From the sequence record NC_062582.1: 64,000 nt of DNA; one strand, written 5' to 3'. A model generated the notes under the pieces. It saw only the letters and a list, made by a program, of their open reading frames with translations. It ran no database searches and had not been told where the DNA came from. Shown one piece after another: positions 57,302 through 64,000 of this stretch (positions are counted from its first letter, which is position 1; the number at the start of each line of letters is the position of its first letter). Position numbers and translations under genes: made by a program.

Positions 57302-58549
57302 ATGTTTAAATGGCTATGTGACAAACTTGGTAATAATCCTGAACCGGCTGTAAATAAAGGTGGGGTAAAAGATACCGAAGTTATTACGGAACGCACTGAA
57401 CGATTGAGTGATCTAATTAATCTGGAGAGTGCTTTAGTTTTCTATTCTGATCGTGATCCAAATAATATCGTCACTCTCACAATACCAGGAACGACTTATC
57501 TCTCCCAGATAGATAAACCTGAAGTAACGTATTACTTCAATGTTTCTAAAGATGGCGATGTTGTACAACTATTCCCACAAAGCTTCAACGACTATAACGG
57601 TGTTGCATTCTTGCGTGCGGAGCCGTTAAATGCAACTTCGTTCTTTAATAACCAATTAGAACCAGTTTATAATAAGCTACTTGGAAAAGAAATAGAAGCC
57701 AGCAGTATTCAGTTTAAAGTATTGGTGCATGGTGTCGATATTCCAAAGGTATCGGAAGCTGAAGCAACTCGCGTAATCAGGAAACAGAAACCCGGAACGT
57801 ATAGTCATCTGTGGGACGGTAATTATCTACGTGTCTTGAACGACGATACCCTTTATATGACAGATAAAGGAAACAACATCGTTAAAGTAGTTACCGCATT
57901 ACAATTGGACTTAGTGCGGTATGTAACTAAACGTCCTGCGATTGATCCAACTACCATCCCTAAATTTGTAGTCCACGACTATGATCTAGTTGATCGTAAA
58001 TTGATTCCTGGTACCGACTATCGTCGTTGGGTAGTTATCACCGAACTAGAAGGTGAGGACAGTAATTGGGTTGTTCGTGTTGTTCCTAAAGATATTGGTC
58101 GTGGTTGCGTACGCTATTTCAAACTGGACTTTGTATTTGATCAGATTGATCTGGGTGGTGTTGCATTCGACTCGTTGAAGATGATTCACGAAGCAACGAT
58201 TAAGATTGCGGAAGCATGCCGTCGGGATATCATGGTACATGGTCAAGCATACCGTGTGCATACCGATAGCTGTTTCATGATTGACGACGCAGACCTAAAC
58301 GGTTTCCTGAACATCGATAACATTAACGTTATTGTCAATAACAATACCCTGACTTATCGCGGTTATCTGCTGCAACAAAACAAGCATGCGGCATTTAAAG
58401 ATAGCAATCCATACCTGACACCGTATAGTCCGTACATCCGGGTGGGTGATCAGACTATCGGTTTTAATAAGAAGGGAGCACTAGTGAACTTCTACTCGCA
58501 TGAATGCCAAGGGGATAGATTACCTGATGACAAACAACCGTATTACTAA
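57302..58549 (+). CDS. hypothetical protein
   Basis: 415 aa; GAGGA RBS. Confidence 0.75.
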   Translation: MFKWLCDKLGNNPEPAVNKGGVKDTEVITERTERLSDLINLESALVFYSDRDPNNIVTLTIPGTTYLSQIDKPEVTYYFNVSKDGDVVQLFPQSFNDYNGVAFLRAEPLNATSFFNNQLEPVYNKLLGKEIEASSIQFKVLVHGVDIPKVSEAEATRVIRKQKPGTYSHLWDGNYLRVLNDDTLYMTDKGNNIVKVVTALQLDLVRYVTKRPAIDPTTIPKFVVHDYDLVDRKLIPGTDYRRWVVITELEGEDSNWVVRVVPKDIGRGCVRYFKLDFVFDQIDLGGVAFDSLKMIHEATIKIAEACRRDIMVHGQAYRVHTDSCFMIDDADLNGFLNIDNINVIVNNNTLTYRGYLLQQNKHAAFKDSNPYLTPYSPYIRVGDQTIGFNKKGALVNFYSHECQGDRLPDDKQPYY

Positions 58550-58757
58550 GAAGCTAAAGACCTTAGATGATGAACTCTGGGCGTTCCATTATTGGATGGC
58601 TGACCTACGTGGTTATTTGCTGGAAGCGGATCATGAGAACATCGATCTACGGATTATCTTTCGTCAGTTTAAACGGCGATTGAAACGTGAACGGATCAAG
58701 ATCGCTACTGTAACCCGGATGCATTATTACGTCAAGGTTGCGCTTGGCCGTGATTGA
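58527..58757 (+). CDS. hypothetical protein
   Basis: Start moved to MTNNRIT. Confidence 0.6.
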   Translation: MTNNRITKKLKTLDDELWAFHYWMADLRGYLLEADHENIDLRIIFRQFKRRLKRERIKIATVTRMHYYVKVALGRD

Positions 58758-58791
58758 GAACAATCCTGTGTATTTACACAGGAGCTGAAAC

Positions 58792-59184
58792 ATGTTTCCA
58801 ATCCAAGTCGAGGAAGCTGTGGTTCGTTACGGGCCACGGCAAGGTTCCTACTACAACAAAGAATACGATCTGAATAAATACGGGGTTAAGCGTTACCCGT
58901 ATACAGACGTAGATATTCTAGAAATCATTAGTACCGAAAAAATCCCTAAAAGGTTAAGGTTCCATAAAGTTCGTGATTACGTTAACCAAACAATGTTAAC
59001 GTTCTACATTTACGATGTGGATACGAACCTGTTGATTGTGACTATGAACGTAGTCCTAAATAAACAACGCCTGTGGTTTGAGACGCCAGACATTACTGAG
59101 ACGTTTCCTAACATGGATGTTAAGATCGCTGTCATCCAAGACCCTAACAAAAAATCATATCGATGGGATGGAGAATACTGGTGA
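58792..59184 (+). CDS. hypothetical protein
   Basis: 130 aa; AGGAG RBS. Confidence 0.7.
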   Translation: MFPIQVEEAVVRYGPRQGSYYNKEYDLNKYGVKRYPYTDVDILEIISTEKIPKRLRFHKVRDYVNQTMLTFYIYDVDTNLLIVTMNVVLNKQRLWFETPDITETFPNMDVKIAVIQDPNKKSYRWDGEYW

Positions 59185-59612
59185 ACCAAACTGCACTCAA
59201 GATTATCATTCCTTTATACAACGGTACTAAAGGACAGATTGATAAAAACTTTTTCTCTTCTGATGGAACTTACGACAAACGTAAGGTTTATTGGATAACA
59301 CCGTTACAGGTTTATGGACCAGGTGGTAACTCCTTATACAAGACTAAGATTGTACCTACCCGCGCTAAGTACGAAGGTAAGTTCACTCTGAAGGTCTGGG
59401 ATAAATACCTGCAAGCTAAACCGTTATTGATTGCCGAGATAAACTTTGACGTAGATGCAAACACATATGAAGTTATGGTTACTGAACGTTATATGTGTCT
59501 TCGCATGTCTGCACAGTTTAACTTAATGCGTGCTGCTAATGGACCCCATTACACACAAGCCTTTAGAAACCAGACGCCGTATGGCCAGTGGGAGTTTGAA
59601 AACAACATATGA
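59163..59612 (+). CDS. hypothetical protein
   Basis: 149 aa; start may be GTG 59181. Confidence 0.65.
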   Translation: MGWRILVNQTALKIIIPLYNGTKGQIDKNFFSSDGTYDKRKVYWITPLQVYGPGGNSLYKTKIVPTRAKYEGKFTLKVWDKYLQAKPLLIAEINFDVDANTYEVMVTERYMCLRMSAQFNLMRAANGPHYTQAFRNQTPYGQWEFENNI

Positions 59613-59893
59613 GTATTAGAGCCTCGCTTAAGAGACTTAGCAAGTATGCAAAGAAGCGTCGTTACGCTGCATTGATCACTAACTTGGCCATTAACGGTCT
59701 ACCTATTAAGGGTAAACGCATGTCTGAAAAACAAAAGAAAGGTGAGAAAATCACCGAGCTTCAAGAGATGGTAGATAATCAAGCTATTCAACTAGCGGAT
59801 GCTGCCAAGCTCCTGGGTACTTTGAAACGTGATGTCGAAGAACTTAAGAAAACAGTAGCAGACCTGAAACAAGTTTGTAGCTTGGGTCAATAA
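59609..59893 (+). CDS. hypothetical coiled-coil protein
   Basis: 94 aa; heptad-like C-terminal half. Confidence 0.65.
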   Translation: MSIRASLKRLSKYAKKRRYAALITNLAINGLPIKGKRMSEKQKKGEKITELQEMVDNQAIQLADAAKLLGTLKRDVEELKKTVADLKQVCSLGQ

Positions 59894-59897
59894 TTCT

Positions 59898-59925
59898 AGG
59901 GTGATCCGAAAGGGTCACCTTTATA
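59898..59925 (+). terminator. intrinsic terminator
   Basis: GGTGATCC-GAAA-GGGTCACC plus TTTAT. Confidence 0.75.
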
Positions 59926-59946
59926 ACCTAAAAGAGGAAAAGTAAA

Positions 59947-60792
59947 ATGGCTATCGCAATTATCCACAGTGACGCCCTCCAGACTTTTATCAAAGGGATT
60001 GGTTTCCCTTACGACCATCGCATGAACCTGGATAAAGGTGGTGTTGGTTTTGACGCGTTTGATAAGTTCATCCGTGCAAATGTACAGTGGGTTCCTGAAC
60101 TGAGTTTCGATAAAGAAAAACATGTCAAGGTTTGGGGTTCCGCTCGGGTGACTGGTCCTGTGCCACAACCAGAAGACTTCTACAGTCGCTCTGTGTTCAC
60201 TGGTACCGAAGAGATCAACCAATTCAAGCCTTGGGCACAACAAGATGCTCATGAAGGTAATAGCCCTGCTCATGCAAACTTCATTGGTGCTACCTTTGCA
60301 CTGTCTACGAAATACATTGCTGACTTTAAAGAGACAGCTGATGGTAAGGTAGATGTATCTGAATACATTCGTGTACTGGTTTCCGAGGTGGCATCTGAAT
60401 CCTATCTGGGTTATGGTATCCTGGTACCTGTAGAGAAACTCTGGGATATCCATTACAAGACCGACGGTAAAGATCGCTTCTGGGTCGAACGCTCAGAACA
60501 CGGTGTCGATAACATCGAGCATTTCTATGTTCGTGAAGTTACCAACCAAGGTGAGATCAATAACAACTTCAAACAAGACGAAGAAGGTGTATGGTCTGTT
60601 AAGGTTAAGGAGGGCGTACGGGTCACCGATAAAGAAGTACCTACAGCAGTTGACCTGACTGGCTTTAGTGACACTAGTGATACTTACACGTCTATCTCGA
60701 TTACAGATGAAGAAACAAAGGCAGCCTTACTACAAGTGGAAGTAAAATCTAGGTCTCTTGTTAATGAGATTAAATGTAATCTCGGCCTATAA
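59947..60792 (+). CDS. hypothetical protein, possibly a degenerate Nudix-fold
   Basis: 281 aa; GAGGA RBS; weak resemblance only. Confidence 0.6.
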   Translation: MAIAIIHSDALQTFIKGIGFPYDHRMNLDKGGVGFDAFDKFIRANVQWVPELSFDKEKHVKVWGSARVTGPVPQPEDFYSRSVFTGTEEINQFKPWAQQDAHEGNSPAHANFIGATFALSTKYIADFKETADGKVDVSEYIRVLVSEVASESYLGYGILVPVEKLWDIHYKTDGKDRFWVERSEHGVDNIEHFYVREVTNQGEINNNFKQDEEGVWSVKVKEGVRVTDKEVPTAVDLTGFSDTSDTYTSISITDEETKAALLQVEVKSRSLVNEIKCNLGL

Positions 60793-60841
60793 CTTGTACC
60801 TACGGTGCATTATATTCTGACTTAAGCAACCAAGGTACAAC

Positions 60842-61213
60842 GTGATGCTAAATCTAACACACGTACTACGCTCTCTGTTACTCATTATCCTTTTCGCATT
60901 ACCAATGAGTACACAAGCGAGTGTCGGGGTTAAAGTCGATGAACTCTACTGTGATGGTCTTAGTCTTATGGCTAAGGCTACCAGTGAAGCTAATCAACGA
61001 AAAGAACCAGAAGCCGCATGGCGGAAGAATCTTGAAACCCTGAGAGGATACGGTGTGAAGGACAAAGATAACGTTCTTTACTACATTCTCCCCCAAGCTG
61101 TAACCCAAGTGAAACGTATCTATCAATCGAAGCAAGCTCCGAAAGATGTTTACATCGCCGAATACAATCGATGCATGAAAGAACAATACGGCCAAGTGGT
61201 GGCTGTTAACTGA
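60842..61213 (+). CDS. putative secreted/periplasmic protein
   Basis: Signal peptide ending TQA; two Cys at the ends of a helical domain. Confidence 0.7.
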   Translation: MMLNLTHVLRSLLLIILFALPMSTQASVGVKVDELYCDGLSLMAKATSEANQRKEPEAAWRKNLETLRGYGVKDKDNVLYYILPQAVTQVKRIYQSKQAPKDVYIAEYNRCMKEQYGQVVAVN

Positions 61214-61226
61214 CCGAGTAATTGAT

Positions 61227-61580
61227 ATGGACCGACTGTTAGAGTTACAAGCTAATACGACAGTAATTAGAAATGAATCCGATCGAATGGATTCTATTAT
61301 CAAACTGAGTAAAGCCTTAAGTGTCGAGATTGATGCTAAGATTAATCTGGATGACAAGGAAGCAGTTGGTAAACTAATTGATGCTGCGTCGAACTGGGAA
61401 CTCACTGTATTAGTCGGTACCCAAATCAATCACATCATCGAGTGTGAACCTAAATTCTGTAAGGATCTTCCAAAGGATCTGAAACATTATAAGGATCACT
61501 TTAAGGTTTACCAAGTTAAGCACTTTCAGAACTTCCGTGATGGGATTCGCGTCCCTACAAAAGAACAGATGTTTCTGTAA
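61227..61580 (+). CDS. hypothetical protein
   Basis: 117 aa ending at a terminator. Confidence 0.65.
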   Translation: MDRLLELQANTTVIRNESDRMDSIIKLSKALSVEIDAKINLDDKEAVGKLIDAASNWELTVLVGTQINHIIECEPKFCKDLPKDLKHYKDHFKVYQVKHFQNFRDGIRVPTKEQMFL

Positions 61581-61614
61581 TCATACTGCCTTCCTTCGGG
61601 AAGGCTTTATGCCG
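61581..61614 (+). terminator. terminator of the hairpin-TTTATGCCG family
   Basis: GCCTTCC-TTCG-GGAAGGC-TTTATGCCG. Confidence 0.8.
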
Positions 61615-61663
61615 CTTTAATTTACTCACCTGAAAATAAGTATGTAACCAACAAGGAATTAAA

Positions 61664-62038
61664 ATGGAACTTATAATCGATCTAACCGGTAAAGCAAAAG
61701 GTTATAAAGAAGCATTCACGGAACTTGTGACTTCTCCATTTGCTGCTGAAGGTAACCTGCGTTGTGAATTAGGTCCTATCCCTTATACAGGGTTGACTAA
61801 AGGGCAACTTAAAGCACGTTGTACGTATATTGACCATAAGCGTGTCTGTGCTAAGTTCACTAAGTTTGATATTGATGGCGATATCGTAAAGGTTGAAGTT
61901 ACTCCATCCGGACCACTGAAAGCGCACCTTGAACAATTACTTACACAGGGTATTGAATTCGAACCTGTAGCGCGTGCCGCGTTCAACCGTGATATGGAAA
62001 TCATCCATATGTTTAATATTGACCTCAACCCAGTCTAA
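61664..62038 (+). CDS. inactive mini-paralogue of the prohead protease (1)
   Basis: RCTYIDHKRVCAKF..VEVTPSGPLKAHL aligns with protease RIRQIDDNRVCAHI..AEVKPFGPFKQVL; catalytic His and Ser absent. Confidence 0.65.
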   Translation: MELIIDLTGKAKGYKEAFTELVTSPFAAEGNLRCELGPIPYTGLTKGQLKARCTYIDHKRVCAKFTKFDIDGDIVKVEVTPSGPLKAHLEQLLTQGIEFEPVARAAFNRDMEIIHMFNIDLNPV

Positions 62039-62046
62039 GGAGAACA

Positions 62047-62436
62047 ATGATGCAAATCGTAGTTAACTTACTTATAAAACCTGAAGGCTATCGTGAATCA
62101 CTTCGCGAATATATCGCATCCGAAGCATACAAGAAAAGTCCTTTTTTAGAATGGGAAAATCCAAAAATACCATCGGGTGTTGTAGCGGAAGAAGTCTTTA
62201 ATCGTATCTTTCAGATAGACGCCAATAGAATCTGCGCAAAGATTATTCACATTGAAATCGAAGATCTTGTTGCACGGTTTATAATTACACCACATGGACC
62301 ATTGGCAAGTTTGATCGATCCCTTCAAGAAATATGCAGTTGCTACACGCATGTTAAAAGACGGTGCTATAGTTAAACAAATCCCTGGTTTTGATCTCATC
62401 CCAGTAGAAAACCATATCGAACATGTAGGAGAATAA
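62047..62436 (+). CDS. inactive mini-paralogue of the prohead protease (2)
   Basis: LEWENPK..RIFQIDANRICAKI..ITPHGPL..VATRM; His replaced by Asn and Ser by Ala relative to the protease. Confidence 0.65.
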   Translation: MMQIVVNLLIKPEGYRESLREYIASEAYKKSPFLEWENPKIPSGVVAEEVFNRIFQIDANRICAKIIHIEIEDLVARFIITPHGPLASLIDPFKKYAVATRMLKDGAIVKQIPGFDLIPVENHIEHVGE

Positions 62437-62438
62437 CC

Positions 62439-63320
62439 ATGCTTTTTATCAATATCCTTAACCGCACTCCAACAGGAATTACGCACACTGGTTTCGACCT
62501 GGTACCTAGCACGACTTTTAAAGGTGGCGAACAAAACGTAAAGCTGTTTGATTATCAGGCAATCGCTATTGAGTCGGCAGATAAGATAACAATCAAAGCT
62601 CATCTTACTAATGCTAATACCGTAATGGACCTGCTGTTGTTGGTTGATGCCATTCGTCGTATTAATCCTTCTGTACGTATCGGTGCCTTTATTCCATACA
62701 TGCCATATGCACGACAGGATCGTGTCTGCAATCCAGGTGAGGCTCTCTCAATTGCGGTTATGGCAAAAGTAATCAACAGCCTTAACTTTGACCGTGTCTT
62801 TCTGTTGGACCCCCACAGCGACTCCACTGTTGGTCTGATCGAACGTTCCATAGTTGAATCTCCAGTACAGTTCATTAGACGTAGTGATACTTTCGTTGGT
62901 ATGGATTTCTCTGAAGTTTATCTGGTTGCACCAGATGCCGGTGCACAGAAGCGAGTGAAAGCTCTGGCTACTGAACTTGGTGCAGCTGGTTACATCACAG
63001 CTACCAAAGAGCGTGATCTTGAAACTATGGAAATCACAGGTACTAAATTCGACGGCAATGTAACTGGTAAGAAACTACTGGTTGTTGACGACATCTGTGA
63101 TGGTGGCCGTACATTTGTTGCGTTGGCCAAAGCTCTACGGGAACAAGAACCAGAGGAACTCCATCTCTGGGTTACTCACGGTATCTTCAGCTATGGTACT
63201 AAAGTAGTAACGGTTCATTACGACAGTGTTGCAACAACTAACTCGTTCCAACCAACTGCTGAAGGGCAGGTTGATCAGAACGGTGAACGCGATTACAAAA
63301 TGACTTGGGTACAACTCTAA
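62439..63320 (+). CDS. prs: ribose-phosphate pyrophosphokinase family protein (possibly Adps of the NARP1 pathway)
   Basis: FKGGEQNV, PYMPYARQDR, LDPHS, VAPDAGA, VVDDICDGGRTF. Confidence 0.88.
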   Translation: MLFINILNRTPTGITHTGFDLVPSTTFKGGEQNVKLFDYQAIAIESADKITIKAHLTNANTVMDLLLLVDAIRRINPSVRIGAFIPYMPYARQDRVCNPGEALSIAVMAKVINSLNFDRVFLLDPHSDSTVGLIERSIVESPVQFIRRSDTFVGMDFSEVYLVAPDAGAQKRVKALATELGAAGYITATKERDLETMEITGTKFDGNVTGKKLLVVDDICDGGRTFVALAKALREQEPEELHLWVTHGIFSYGTKVVTVHYDSVATTNSFQPTAEGQVDQNGERDYKMTWVQL

Positions 63321-63553
63321 TGAGTCCAGAACAAACAATACAATCTGCTTTCGGTGTTGTTTTAGTAATCACGGTATTCTGTTTGGTACAGCAGATCCGG
63401 ATGGGTAAGAAAAAGAAACAACATTACGATGATTTACCAGCATGGCACAGTTGTCATAACTGGCAGCTGTTCTATCACATGGTGGGTATCCCATTTGCTG
63501 TGGCTACAGGCGTGCTGTTGGCTAAAGCTCAATCCATTTGGTTCGGTGCTTAA
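63320..63553 (+). CDS. small two-TM membrane protein
   Basis: Two hydrophobic segments; TAATG overlap. Confidence 0.65.
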   Translation: MSPEQTIQSAFGVVLVITVFCLVQQIRMGKKKKQHYDDLPAWHSCHNWQLFYHMVGIPFAVATGVLLAKAQSIWFGA

Positions 63554-64000
63554 ATGACAATACTCCATTTGTTGTGCGCTGTATTACTTGTATCCGTAAC
63601 CCTAATGATTCTAAATATCAAAGGGTACATTAAACATAATCCGTTTGCTTGGGAACCTGGTCGTCAGGGTACAGGCTATGAAAAACTAGAACTGTTCAAT
63701 CGGTGGAAGTATTTCGGCAAACGCAAATGGGATTTGTATCTGCTTCGCTATCGAGTGGGCGCAGGCATTCCTGAACACCGTGATCCTTTACCGGGTCACG
63801 AACATTACCGACTGAATATCTATTTGTGGAATGCAGATCGTGGAGGTGTTCCTGATCACGCGTTTACAATTATCCACAATCGGTTCTTTACTTTGTTTCG
63901 CCCCGACCAAGCGCCACACAGCGTAAGTACTGTAACTAAAGGTACTCGTTATGTATTGAGCTTCGGTTATTCTAAACTCCTTAAGGAAGATTTTCAATGA
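63554..64000 (+). CDS. 2OG-Fe(II) oxygenase family protein with N-terminal TM helix
   Basis: IPEHRD (HxD), PHSV (distal His), TRYVLS (2OG-binding RxS). Confidence 0.75.
   Translation: MTILHLLCAVLLVSVTLMILNIKGYIKHNPFAWEPGRQGTGYEKLELFNRWKYFGKRKWDLYLLRYRVGAGIPEHRDPLPGHEHYRLNIYLWNADRGGVPDHAFTIIHNRFFTLFRPDQAPHSVSTVTKGTRYVLSFGYSKLLKEDFQ

Noticed and set aside
59898-59911. GGTGATCC (8 nt of the same anti-16S motif) in a hairpin
   Set aside because: Short, fully paired in a terminator stem, and expected by chance.
59896-60453. 185-aa antisense ORF
   Set aside because: Overlaps a well-formed sense gene with an RBS; no independent support.
1-64000. tRNA genes, rRNA, CRISPR arrays and IS elements
   Set aside because: No cloverleaf or T-loop signatures, regularly spaced direct repeats or transposase motifs were seen by eye; tRNAscan and CRISPR finders would confirm.

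Overview
The window is a 64-kb segment of a phiKZ-related (Chimalliviridae-like) jumbo myophage genome, probably infecting an enterobacterium. From about 2.4 to 21.5 kb lies the conserved late module: prohead protease (phiKZ gp175-like), virion RNA polymerase subunits (gp176-, gp178- and gp180-like), a gp177-like head protein, the 2.3k-aa tail/tape-measure protein with a lytic transglycosylase domain (gp181-like) and a gp182-like protein. The rest is mostly densely packed + strand early/accessory genes: tmk, dcd, ligA, a prs-like gene, RNA ligase, AAA ATPase, DEDD exonuclease, a SLOG protein, a 2OG-Fe(II) oxygenase and many small unknown ORFs, with a minus-strand block (structural pair plus SF2 helicase) at 34.6-39 kb. 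TTCG-loop terminators and five copies of an early-promoter motif punctuate it. The most notable observations are: (1) an ORF-free, terminator-flanked structured RNA candidate carrying a 13-nt perfect complement to the 16S rRNA 3' end; (2) a canonical -1 slippery site fusing the gp177-like head gene to a downstream ORF with no good start of its own; (3) a Tad1-like sponge with an acidic, propeptide-like N-terminus; (4) a set of catalytically dead or fragmentary copies of core phage genes (protease x2, DNA ligase, capsid domain); (5) a tandem array of small paralogues sharing an (E)ARVEN motif. Family assignments come from motif recognition from memory; no database search was run.
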